Shown here in pieces: positions 40,672 to 50,485 of a stretch of DNA of 64,000 nt (position 1 is the first letter of the stretch; each line of letters begins with the position of its first letter). Source of the stretch: a virus; the IMG/VR virus record IMGVR_UViG_3300035698_005082, positions 1 to 64,000 of that record; one strand, written 5' to 3'. The notes under the pieces are model-generated. The model had not been told where the DNA came from. It saw nothing but the letters and a program-made list of their open reading frames with translations, and searched no databases. The translations under genes were made by a program, and so were the position numbers.

Positions 40672-43600
40672 TACTAAAGAATAACGGATCAGAAAAAATA
40701 AGAATAAACAATGTCAATCTGGAAATCAATCCAGTTGACATACTTTCTATACAGAAAAGAAGACTGATCTCAGAAGAATTCATAAGAGAAAACTCTAACT
40801 ATACATACATGGGTAATTATGGAGAGGCAAACTTTAAGATAATATTGCAATTTGATATAAACGAAGTATTATCTGAGCCAAGCTCAGCAGAGAGTCCATC
40901 TGACTTCATCCAGCTACTTGCACAGATTAATAACTATCCATTCTTATTTATAACCTCTAATAGAATAGAATCTTATTTAACGACACACGTAAAGACTGGT
41001 ACTAGTGGGGAGATAATGTTTGGCATAATGTCATTCGAGCTAAGAACAGATTCTTCTGCACAAAACATAGTTACGTTAACATTGCACCTTTCATACTTTA
41101 ACCATGCACCATATGCAAAAGAGATATCGTTCTATGATGCTATAGAGGACAAGTCTCAGCCAGAAAGAACAAAAGTATTAAAAGGGAAAAAGAATATAGA
41201 GTATATAGCAGAAGATACGTCTAGCCTTGTTGGCAATCAGCTGTTTAATAGATATTTCACTTCAGACTATTCCGCAATAATGGGTAGGCTAGATAAGTAT
41301 ATTAGTGGCGCATCGTCAATAGCAGATGTAAAGTTGAGATATCCAGTATTCTTAAACGACGAACCTGAGTCTGGCGACTATGAAGAGATGGTATATTCTG
41401 AGATAACTGCAGAAAAACTCATTGTAAAAGCCAAGGCGTATACATTATGGCCAGACCTTGGTATTGCTAATAACATTAACACCAATGAATCCCCAGTTAC
41501 CTCAATAGCCCTAGTGAGAAGAAATAATTTTGCATCACACAGCATGACAGCATGGTCATATCCAACTTTGCAATACATGGGTAGAGGAGGAACGACAGTC
41601 GTAACAACAATATCTCAAGAATCTAATACTGGAACAAGTATAGATTATGTAAAGCTGTGCTTAGGAAAGCTTGATTCAAATCATAGAAAGTTTGCAAAAT
41701 ATTCTCAATATAATGTATTAAAGCTTGATCATATAATCTTTGATTTAGTACCGGTTTTCGGGATTGTATTAGATAGAGAAGAGATAGGTACAAGTTCTAG
41801 TTTTCAGGATGTAGACAATGGTGTATTTATATTTTCAGAAAAAAATCTTAAGGAATTAATACAAAGGAAAAAACCTAGGGCATCTGGATTCAGGGCGGAT
41901 AATCATGATATAGATAGAGTAATTGATATACTAACAAATCTTAGTAATGGAATACCAAAGACTAAAGAATTCGATTGTAGTTATAGTTACAGCAAAGAGG
42001 ATGAAACTACCAGGTATAGACAGATGCAAATACCTAGCCCTTTAACATCTGCACTGCTAAAGGAGCTAGAAAGACAGTATGATCTACCTGCACACACTTT
42101 ATATAATGTAATGTGGCAAGAGAGTAGAGGTGATCCTAATGCGGTATCTCCATCTGGGGCTGAGGGTGCATTCCAATTTATACCAAGCACAGCTTCAAGA
42201 TTTAACCTAGAAGACAGAACAGATCCTGTAGCATCAGCAGCAGCAGCGGCTGAGTATTTATCTTGGCTAAAGAATAAGTTTAACGGCAATATGAACCTAG
42301 CACTTGCTGGATACAACTGTGGTGAAGGATGTGTAGGGAAAGCTATAACAGAATCTATAAATAGTGGTGGGTCTGGCAGCTGGGAAGACATAATACGCTT
42401 AGTACCTAATGAAACGCAAAACTATGTTGAGCCAATAATGAATGGGATAGTAGCAGATGGTGCTAACCCTTCTCTGTCTAGACAAAATTGCCATTCCCTA
42501 TTGCATATAGATAAAGCAGAAGTAATCTTGGAAAAACTATCAGATGATCTTAATGGAACAGAATCTATACTGAGATTTTTCCCTGGAGGTTTAAATTCTT
42601 ATAATTATGGATCTTTAGGCAAAAGAACTTCTGGTGCAGTAACCGATGAAATGAGAACGATATCTAGCTCTTTAGAATTTTATAAAACACTCAGAGACAA
42701 TCAAGAGGGCAACGAAGTAAAGCTTGCTAAGGCTACAAGAGATATACAAGATGCATTCATAGACATTCTCTCCGAAGGCACTAGATCAAATAGGCTTGTT
42801 AAAGCATACATAACAGACTACCTAAGCTTTCTTGATGAAAATTATGATCAGATAATAAACTCATTCGATGATGAGGCATATTCTGACCTATCGCTTGGTT
42901 CTAGGATATTTAATTCTGGCCCAGCGATAGGTGAAGATGGTAAAGGTGCTAGGGATGCTAGAGATATAAATCCGTTCTTCTTCATGAAGGCAGGTGCATA
43001 TTATACTCCAGGAATACTAGAAAGATCTTATAGGTTGTCAGCTAAGAATTTAAGAAAGAACGCTCATGATATATCAGATGAGATAAATAGAGTAATAGAG
43101 CTTGATACTAAAATAGGAACAATTGGTAAAGCGAAAGGTGAGTTTAGCAATGATGATTCACAGCCTGAAAGATTAATTAACACAAAAATAAGTAAAGCAA
43201 TAAATGACTTAGCTGATCAGATAGATAAAAAGACTTTGTCTAGCGCAAGGGGAGACTTCCCATTAGACATGGCTACACAAGGACCCGAAGCTGAAGAATT
43301 GCAGGCATCAATACATTTTGAAAGATCAGCAGAAAGCCTTAAACGTGGCATTAATCAAGCATTCCCAGTATTAAAAGTCTATTTAGTAGAGGGGGATGAA
43401 GACTCAATTACATCAAATCTTAGAAATCTAAAGCATGAATATTATGAGCTTCCAGGTGTGATATCATCAAGGATAGTTCATCAAGATGATGATTCACCAG
43501 TTGATCTAATGTATCTAAAGATAGCTAACCCAGGATCAATGTACAGCGATAGTACAGTTACTATGGATCAGTTTTATCCAAAGAAAGACTGGAAAGCAAT

Positions 43601-45398
43601 AAATACAAATCATGAAAATTCTATACCGCTAGATAAGGTCTTCTTAAGACCTGGTAATAGACTACATGTTAAAGCAGGATATTCTAATGATATCAATAAC
43701 TTAGAAACAGTATTTAATGGGATTGTTACAGATGTTTCTGGCGAAATGACACTTGAAGTAATATCAGAAAGTTTTGGCAGAGAGCTTATAGCAGTAGAGC
43801 ATGGAGACGATCCAGAAGTTAGCAACTTTACATTTGGTGCTGATACATTCGAAGTTGTAGCCAACTTTGTATACTCTGGAGAATTGGAGCATTTCGGTAA
43901 TATAAAATTCTTTAGCAATCTAACAGACATAGAAGGTAGAGATAGGCAGCAGCTTACAGTAAATGATATACTTAAATACCATGGTTCTGCAGAATTATTT
44001 GTCAACATATATACTGATAGCATAATACAGGAAGGATTCGAATATGGATTCAATGTAAATCTAAATAGCTTATTTGGAAGTAGCCAAATAATGCCACACT
44101 TTCCGATATACAAGACGACACCATGGGCTGCTCTAAAAGAAATGGAGTTTAGACATCCAGGATCATTAGTAAGATCTCATAACTATGGAGATAGGCAGAC
44201 TGTATTCTACGGAATAAAAGAACAATTATATGTATACAGGAATACACATTATGCCATACAGTCTAGAGCTAGTAAGAATCTATACAATAGGTTTAGAAAG
44301 AACAGACTGAAACCAGCATCTGATTTCCATATATTAACATCTGATAATAACATTATTTCCAATGGTCTTAGGGTTACTAGTGATTTCAAAACTGCAGTAA
44401 GTGTAAGATATTATAACGATGTCGATGATATAAAAAGTCAGGATTTTGAATGGTTTGATGTTAAAATAGATGATAACTTAAAACCGATGTCCCATAGATT
44501 GGGAAGGTGTGAGATGTCTGGAACACATGGTAGATACTCGGCATTATCATATGCATCTACATATCTAAAGAAGGAAGTAGAGAAAATGTATGATGGCACA
44601 ATATTAGTTATTGGAAATCCATCTATAAAGTCTGGTGACTATGCATTAATAGATGACTCCGTAAGAGGCATGAACGGAATAGTGAAGATAAGGGGATGTA
44701 TACAACATTTCGATGTACATAATGGATTTGTTACTGAGATAATACCTGGCCTATATGCAGAATCCTCTCACATAGATTATTCGATGTTATTTACAAAATT
44801 ATATCTTGGGTATATGCCAGCCATAACAATTGCAAGATCAATAGCATCAGAAGATAATAACTCTGTTATAAATAGAGATATCACACTAGACATTCTTGGA
44901 CTATCAAATGATCCATTGGGATCTGTATTTGGGTCAGGAGATTTTAGTGGAGGATTAGCTTCTGTATCATCCCTACTAGCCGGTACTGGTTATGCTGGAA
45001 CTAAGGCCATAAGTGGCCTGCGTTCTTCTAAAACCATTGCAGATAGTAAAGTCTTTAATTCAGCCAAGTCTACATATGATGCACTAATAGCAAGAGGTAG
45101 ATTAGCAACATCATCCATATCTCCTGAAGTTTTTGCATCTATAAGAGTCGCGAGATGGGCAGTGGGTGGAAGCATAGTAGGGGTTTTACTATATGCATTC
45201 GTGTCTGAATACATAGATGAAATAAAGAAGACAAGGCAACCCATAAGAATGTTCCCGGTTTCACTTAATAGTAAACAATATATAGGTGGGATATGGGGAT
45301 ATAATGAGGGATCATACTGGGATGACTTTGGCAGTAATATATCTGAGAGCTTTAATAATGCAGGCATATTATTTAATCACATTTGGGATTCATTCTGA
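40668..45398 (+). CDS. Baseplate hub-like protein with internal lytic transglycosylase (SLT) domain
   Basis: WQESRGDPNAVSPSGAEGAFQFIPSTA...ALAGYNCGEG...ETQNYV (catalytic Glu at 42120). Hub-like LRPGNRLHVKAGYS...VFNGIVT and YDGTILVIGNPSIKSGD. Hydrophobic segment near the C-terminus. Confidence 0.85.
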   Translation: MILKNNGSEKIRINNVNLEINPVDILSIQKRRLISEEFIRENSNYTYMGNYGEANFKIILQFDINEVLSEPSSAESPSDFIQLLAQINNYPFLFITSNRIESYLTTHVKTGTSGEIMFGIMSFELRTDSSAQNIVTLTLHLSYFNHAPYAKEISFYDAIEDKSQPERTKVLKGKKNIEYIAEDTSSLVGNQLFNRYFTSDYSAIMGRLDKYISGASSIADVKLRYPVFLNDEPESGDYEEMVYSEITAEKLIVKAKAYTLWPDLGIANNINTNESPVTSIALVRRNNFASHSMTAWSYPTLQYMGRGGTTVVTTISQESNTGTSIDYVKLCLGKLDSNHRKFAKYSQYNVLKLDHIIFDLVPVFGIVLDREEIGTSSSFQDVDNGVFIFSEKNLKELIQRKKPRASGFRADNHDIDRVIDILTNLSNGIPKTKEFDCSYSYSKEDETTRYRQMQIPSPLTSALLKELERQYDLPAHTLYNVMWQESRGDPNAVSPSGAEGAFQFIPSTASRFNLEDRTDPVASAAAAAEYLSWLKNKFNGNMNLALAGYNCGEGCVGKAITESINSGGSGSWEDIIRLVPNETQNYVEPIMNGIVADGANPSLSRQNCHSLLHIDKAEVILEKLSDDLNGTESILRFFPGGLNSYNYGSLGKRTSGAVTDEMRTISSSLEFYKTLRDNQEGNEVKLAKATRDIQDAFIDILSEGTRSNRLVKAYITDYLSFLDENYDQIINSFDDEAYSDLSLGSRIFNSGPAIGEDGKGARDARDINPFFFMKAGAYYTPGILERSYRLSAKNLRKNAHDISDEINRVIELDTKIGTIGKAKGEFSNDDSQPERLINTKISKAINDLADQIDKKTLSSARGDFPLDMATQGPEAEELQASIHFERSAESLKRGINQAFPVLKVYLVEGDEDSITSNLRNLKHEYYELPGVISSRIVHQDDDSPVDLMYLKIANPGSMYSDSTVTMDQFYPKKDWKAINTNHENSIPLDKVFLRPGNRLHVKAGYSNDINNLETVFNGIVTDVSGEMTLEVISESFGRELIAVEHGDDPEVSNFTFGADTFEVVANFVYSGELEHFGNIKFFSNLTDIEGRDRQQLTVNDILKYHGSAELFVNIYTDSIIQEGFEYGFNVNLNSLFGSSQIMPHFPIYKTTPWAALKEMEFRHPGSLVRSHNYGDRQTVFYGIKEQLYVYRNTHYAIQSRASKNLYNRFRKNRLKPASDFHILTSDNNIISNGLRVTSDFKTAVSVRYYNDVDDIKSQDFEWFDVKIDDNLKPMSHRLGRCEMSGTHGRYSALSYASTYLKKEVEKMYDGTILVIGNPSIKSGDYALIDDSVRGMNGIVKIRGCIQHFDVHNGFVTEIIPGLYAESSHIDYSMLFTKLYLGYMPAITIARSIASEDNNSVINRDITLDILGLSNDPLGSVFGSGDFSGGLASVSSLLAGTGYAGTKAISGLRSSKTIADSKVFNSAKSTYDALIARGRLATSSISPEVFASIRVARWAVGGSIVGVLLYAFVSEYIDEIKKTRQPIRMFPVSLNSKQYIGGIWGYNEGSYWDDFGSNISESFNNAGILFNHIWDSF

Positions 45399-46129
45399 TG
45401 AACGACAAGAATATACAAAAAATACAAAATCAAATAAATAGCCTAAGGGATACTGAATTACAGAATCTTAGATCTAGGGATAGATATGAGAAAGGTATAA
45501 TAAGAGCAGTCTCTCCTCAAGGAGATAACTTGTTTCTCTTAATACAAAGGTTGCCTCATGAGGAGTTTAATAAAGATAAGGACATAATAGAAGTAGTAGA
45601 CGGAGAATATTTCGGAAATGAACAGGGCCTATCGGAAGAGGAGATAACACTTACGGAGCTTCTAATAGAAGCGGATGTAAATTTATCAATAATTAAATAC
45701 GATCCATCTCATTGGATAGGTAAAGACGCTTTAGTATGGATGGTAAATAAGAGGCCGATAAGAGCCATGATACAATCACCCCTATTAGACCCAAGAGCTA
45801 TATCAGCAGAAAATATAAAGCTGGCCAGAGTTCATTCACCTGAAAGAAAGCTGAATAGTCCAGGACCAATAGAGTTCCTTAGAACTCTTGGATACTCAAG
45901 AGAACAAGTATCAGCTACAATTGAAGAGACGTTTTCAGATACAGAGCCAAAAGGATATGTCTTAAGATATGGGGACTCTGCTACATGGCATGATGTAGTC
46001 GCTGCGAGCAATAATGAATCAAAGAATCTAGAGTCATCACTAGAGGATGGAATAGTAACAAACTTATATGGAGGCTCACTAGATGACAGTGAATGCTTCC
46101 TACCAGTAAAGGCAATAACAGCAAGATGA
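45398..46129 (+). CDS. Hypothetical baseplate-region protein
   Basis: ATG 45398 overlaps the TGA of the hub gene (TGATG), preferred over TTG 45383. Confidence 0.55.
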   Translation: MNDKNIQKIQNQINSLRDTELQNLRSRDRYEKGIIRAVSPQGDNLFLLIQRLPHEEFNKDKDIIEVVDGEYFGNEQGLSEEEITLTELLIEADVNLSIIKYDPSHWIGKDALVWMVNKRPIRAMIQSPLLDPRAISAENIKLARVHSPERKLNSPGPIEFLRTLGYSREQVSATIEETFSDTEPKGYVLRYGDSATWHDVVAASNNESKNLESSLEDGIVTNLYGGSLDDSECFLPVKAITAR

Positions 46130-46440
46130 TTTTAAAAAATTCAATTAGTGGTAAATCAAGCTTAATATTATCGGCAGATAATGCTATAATCTCAGCTGGG
46201 CCAAATTCTTTCTCTTCCACTACTCAAAGTGGCAACTTCATAAATGGACCAGTTTCTATTTCTTCTCCATTTACAAAGATAAGAATGGGAGGGATATATA
46301 AATTCAATTCCCTTTTGGCAAACACTATTCCCTCTACAGTAATTACGCCAATACCAACACTCGAAATAGATCTACCTGCGCCAGAGGCAGCAGGATTAAT
46401 AGCGATAACGTCTATGGTATTAAGCATAGCGGCAGGATAA
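46126..46440 (+). CDS. Small beta-strand-rich protein, possible central spike component
   Basis: ATGA overlap at 46126; short alternating beta strands; lies between hub and gp25-like gene. Confidence 0.4.
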   Translation: MILKNSISGKSSLILSADNAIISAGPNSFSSTTQSGNFINGPVSISSPFTKIRMGGIYKFNSLLANTIPSTVITPIPTLEIDLPAPEAAGLIAITSMVLSIAAG

Positions 46441-46444
46441 TAAT

Positions 46445-46858
46445 GTGTCAGACATTTTAGATATAGAATTCGATAGGTATGGGGATATATCATTTATAGG
46501 CAATGATATATCAGTAATACAGGATAAGATTGATCATGTATACCAGTCAGTCATAGATAGGCTTATAACAAATTTTGATGATTACTATTTGTATAGAAAC
46601 TTCGGTGCAAATATATCATCATATATTGGACAAAATAATACTGCCTCACTTGAAGGCAGAGTGGTTACATCAATAAGGCATGCATTAACTTATGATGGAT
46701 TTATACCATCAGCAACATTAGACGTAGTATCACTACGCGATAATGAAAGCCTATTACTAAAGATAGAAATAGGTAATACTGGCCTAGGGCTAGAAGAGAA
46801 AATAGTAATCAACTCAATATTTAATACATCTTCAGGACTCTTGTATGTCACTAATTGA
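46445..46858 (+). CDS. Baseplate wedge protein, gp25/gpW-like sheath initiator
   Basis: GDIS...QSVIDRLIT..DDY.LY.NFGANISSYIG; typical size and position before the J-like gene. Confidence 0.75.
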   Translation: MSDILDIEFDRYGDISFIGNDISVIQDKIDHVYQSVIDRLITNFDDYYLYRNFGANISSYIGQNNTASLEGRVVTSIRHALTYDGFIPSATLDVVSLRDNESLLLKIEIGNTGLGLEEKIVINSIFNTSSGLLYVTN

Positions 46859-48029
46859 ATTTAACAAAGAGGCTGCCTCAATAGCAGTAACAGATAGAAT
46901 CTCTAAGGCAACAGGAATTAGCAATTTTTCCCCATCATCTAAGACTAGGTTAATATCTGATATAATCGTAGATGAGATTAGTAATATATCTACAACTATT
47001 AATGAATCCATAAACTCATTATATCTTGAAACTGCTAAAGGCAATGATCTAGATTCTAAATCATCTCAATATGGTGTATATAGAAATATACGTAATTCAA
47101 TATATATAGATAAAATTGATTACATAATAAAGCTTGAACCCAAGATAGATGGTCAAACATTTGGAGATACCATAGGGGAATCATCCACAATAAGAAGAGG
47201 TGAGACATTACAGCTTGGGTCTTCGTTTGAAATAGTCATAACTGAAGACGTAGTAATATCACCTGGTTTATCAGAGTTGTTTATATCCGGTACTATTCAA
47301 TCAACTAGTGTTGGAGGGTTTACGGTTAATGAGAATGATGTATTTAAACTTGATACATTGTCTACATCAATAGGCATAAGTACAAATACTATACAGGTAA
47401 GATTCCTAAAACCAGTAAGTATAGATGGTAACAGTGAGACGGATGGGAACTTAAGAAGTAGAGCAATGCTGGCTAGAGACGGAATGGGTACTGGTACTGC
47501 ATCTTCAATAGAAAATGCATTGGTACAGTTACCGGACATATCCGGGTACATAGTGCTACAGAACTTGAGGGGTTCCGGATCTATAGATATAGGCTTTATA
47601 ACACACACTCTTCAAGATTCATTAATAGACTATAATATATCTCAAATTCATACATTACTATTGGCTGAATTAACAGATGTTATGCCAATAGGTAAAGATG
47701 TCAGAATATTTACTCCATTACCATTATATTTAAATATAGCATTCTCTTCAGATCTGTCTTCGGATATGGATAGAAACATAAAGGATATGATTAGGCAAGC
47801 TTTTAGTGACAGATATAGATATGGTGCTAACAATACTATTTATTCTGCAAATATTGAATCCATAGTGAATCAAACAATAGCAGACGCTAATTTGCATATA
47901 ACGAATATGTCTTTGTATGATCCTTCTATCGGTGCAGTAGTGTTCACATCATCATCAGTAGCTATATCACCATCGTCATATTATATATATACAGAAAATG
48001 ATATCATAAATAGGATAGCAAATGTCTGA
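46845..48029 (+). CDS. Baseplate J-like wedge protein
   Basis: LETAKGNDLD....YGVYR, G...ETDGNLRSR, GTASSIENAL, RGSGSIDI, PIG. Confidence 0.85.
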   Translation: MSLIEFNKEAASIAVTDRISKATGISNFSPSSKTRLISDIIVDEISNISTTINESINSLYLETAKGNDLDSKSSQYGVYRNIRNSIYIDKIDYIIKLEPKIDGQTFGDTIGESSTIRRGETLQLGSSFEIVITEDVVISPGLSELFISGTIQSTSVGGFTVNENDVFKLDTLSTSIGISTNTIQVRFLKPVSIDGNSETDGNLRSRAMLARDGMGTGTASSIENALVQLPDISGYIVLQNLRGSGSIDIGFITHTLQDSLIDYNISQIHTLLLAELTDVMPIGKDVRIFTPLPLYLNIAFSSDLSSDMDRNIKDMIRQAFSDRYRYGANNTIYSANIESIVNQTIADANLHITNMSLYDPSIGAVVFTSSSVAISPSSYYIYTENDIINRIANV

Positions 48030-49815
48030 TATTGAATTTTCAATCGTATACCTTAATGAACTAGAATTGTTCAATAACGGATATGGAATATCAGTAAACA
48101 TGTCTAATAATGGACCTATTAAGGCAGGGGATATTACAGATCTTGAAGTAATATTTATACTAGATGATCTACTGATACCATCTAGCGCATCCCCAACGAC
48201 ATCTATAGAGTGGACGAATGGGTCTGGGGATATAATAGGTAGCTCAGCAAGCATATCTCATCTACCATTATCATCTGGGCTATATTCAGTTACAGCAACT
48301 GTAACCATAGAAGATGTACCTAATAATTTCGAACTAGTTATATCTGATACATATTCATTTTACATAGAGCCACCAAATGCAGCAGAGTATAAGTTCAGCA
48401 TATCAAGCCTTTCTACTAATAGTAAGCTAATATATTCTAATATGGATATATACAGATTCCTTACATACTTTCCGAAATGGTCTTCTGCTAATTCACAATT
48501 CTATAGTAATACATCTAAATTCCTTTCTCCGCATTTAGAAAGATTAGGCTTCATGCTTAATGATATGGATGAAATATTGGTAAACGAAAGTTCCGGAGAT
48601 AAGATTACTCAATTCGGATACAAGGACCATACAAGAAGCATTCTTACTATAACAAAGCCAGAATATATAAAGACAGAATATGGAATATGTTCAAATTATG
48701 GCGAAGCAACATCTATGTCGCTAGATTCTATACCAATAGGGGCATTTAATAAGCACGAATCAAATAGTATAAATAAGGTTACTCATCACATATTTGCTAG
48801 CGAGGTAACTATTAGATTCATAAAGGCGTCTATAGCATACATCTATTCAGATAGGGCATCTGTGCAAGCACCAGAGAGCGTATTTATAACCGGTATAGAT
48901 GCTAATGGTTCATCAGTATCGGAAACTATAAGACTAGATGCATCGGTTCCTGTGGAAACTATGAATGAGTATTTGATAATATTCGGAGTTACAGGGAATA
49001 CCGGTGAGATAGTAATATCAAACTTTTTAGACAATTTGATCTCATCCACAAATAGGTCCTCCGTTGGAAAGAGGATAGTGTCAAAGGCTGGAGTATACTT
49101 TACTCCAAGATTTGAATTGTCTGGGACTAATCTATATATATTAAATGGGGATAAATTTTCCAAGAACGAAGAATTTAAATTCTCTCTACCATTTATTCCT
49201 GATAAGTTATTAGTTTCAAACCTGCTAGATGTTATTGCACTAAAGGATAATCAAGTTTATTCTTCAAAGTTAATGCTTGATTATTACGACATAGAAAGTC
49301 CAGGATCTTCTGTAAACAATAATTCATTCATATGGGTTGATGAAGAAAATCCCGAAGTTGGTTCATCTGTCAATATAACAATGAATACAGCACTATTGAT
49401 GAAAGACACAACCGCAACTGCAATACGTATATCAATAGAAAATAACGGAACTATTGAATACATGACAGAGCTAGGAACCTTAGTGTCGTCATCAGATACA
49501 TGGGTTAACCTTAGTAGCGTTGGTCGTATATCGTTTAATGTATTAATACAGAATGATGGCCCATATATATTTAAGATTGATAACAATGCAAGGCCAACGT
49601 CTATGTATGCAATGTCATACCAGAATATGATACATATGACAAAAATACATGAAGATGTATCAGATATGTTTATACATAATAGGGAATTATATATGGTAGA
49701 CATGGTTGATCAAACTAGTAAGATGGAATCCGTCAGGCTAGGATTTGTAACCGGTAAAGATAGGACATATATACAATTTCCATTTGAAACATTGGAGTTG
49801 ATTTATGAGCTTTAA
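48022..49815 (+). CDS. Putative baseplate wedge protein with N-terminal Ig/PKD-like segment
   Basis: Follows the J-like gene; IEWT...GLYSVTATVT; YFPKWS. Confidence 0.5.
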   Translation: MSDIEFSIVYLNELELFNNGYGISVNMSNNGPIKAGDITDLEVIFILDDLLIPSSASPTTSIEWTNGSGDIIGSSASISHLPLSSGLYSVTATVTIEDVPNNFELVISDTYSFYIEPPNAAEYKFSISSLSTNSKLIYSNMDIYRFLTYFPKWSSANSQFYSNTSKFLSPHLERLGFMLNDMDEILVNESSGDKITQFGYKDHTRSILTITKPEYIKTEYGICSNYGEATSMSLDSIPIGAFNKHESNSINKVTHHIFASEVTIRFIKASIAYIYSDRASVQAPESVFITGIDANGSSVSETIRLDASVPVETMNEYLIIFGVTGNTGEIVISNFLDNLISSTNRSSVGKRIVSKAGVYFTPRFELSGTNLYILNGDKFSKNEEFKFSLPFIPDKLLVSNLLDVIALKDNQVYSSKLMLDYYDIESPGSSVNNNSFIWVDEENPEVGSSVNITMNTALLMKDTTATAIRISIENNGTIEYMTELGTLVSSSDTWVNLSSVGRISFNVLIQNDGPYIFKIDNNARPTSMYAMSYQNMIHMTKIHEDVSDMFIHNRELYMVDMVDQTSKMESVRLGFVTGKDRTYIQFPFETLELIYEL

Positions 49816-50485
49816 TATACTTAGTACTAGAGTATCTACATTAGAAAAGAATGACTCCATAATAACAAAGACTCATGCTAATACAGAATCTATGAAGGAT
49901 GCATTTCCCTCTATATACATAGAATCTTCAGAAACAATATCTATATCTAATACAGTAATGACCATATCTGATAATGTCTTTAGCATTATAGGTATGACCA
50001 TAATAGAACTTGTTATAAAGATTAGGTCATATGGAATATTGGCATATATAACCAAACAAGAGGTTGGTCTTTTACCAGCAGAGCTGTTATTGGATTTTGC
50101 TAATGAATCAGTCATATCTAGAGACATAGATCTTTCACCCAAGAAGCTATCTACTATACATGATAAAATATTACTCAATGTTCCCGCCCTAGATGAATCA
50201 AGTATATACAGAGAAGTAATATCTGTATATTCAAAATCAGAAGATGTGATGTATGGAGATAGCGATCAAAGATTCTCGTTCTTCACAGAATCTGATATGC
50301 TATATATAAATGGTCTGAGAGAGGATACTAAGGCAATAATACTATATAGAATCGATAAGTTCTTTCTATTCGCATCAAGGAAAAACTCTATAGAATTAAG
50401 CATGGCCCTTTCTGTTGAAAGTGAAAAAATAAATGGATCTTTACTGATGGAAACATCGACAGCGCTAAATTGGAATAAGGTATAA
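49805..50485 (+). CDS. Hypothetical baseplate-region protein
   Basis: 226-aa ORF overlapping both neighbours. Confidence 0.55.
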   Translation: MSFNILSTRVSTLEKNDSIITKTHANTESMKDAFPSIYIESSETISISNTVMTISDNVFSIIGMTIIELVIKIRSYGILAYITKQEVGLLPAELLLDFANESVISRDIDLSPKKLSTIHDKILLNVPALDESSIYREVISVYSKSEDVMYGDSDQRFSFFTESDMLYINGLREDTKAIILYRIDKFFLFASRKNSIELSMALSVESEKINGSLLMETSTALNWNKV

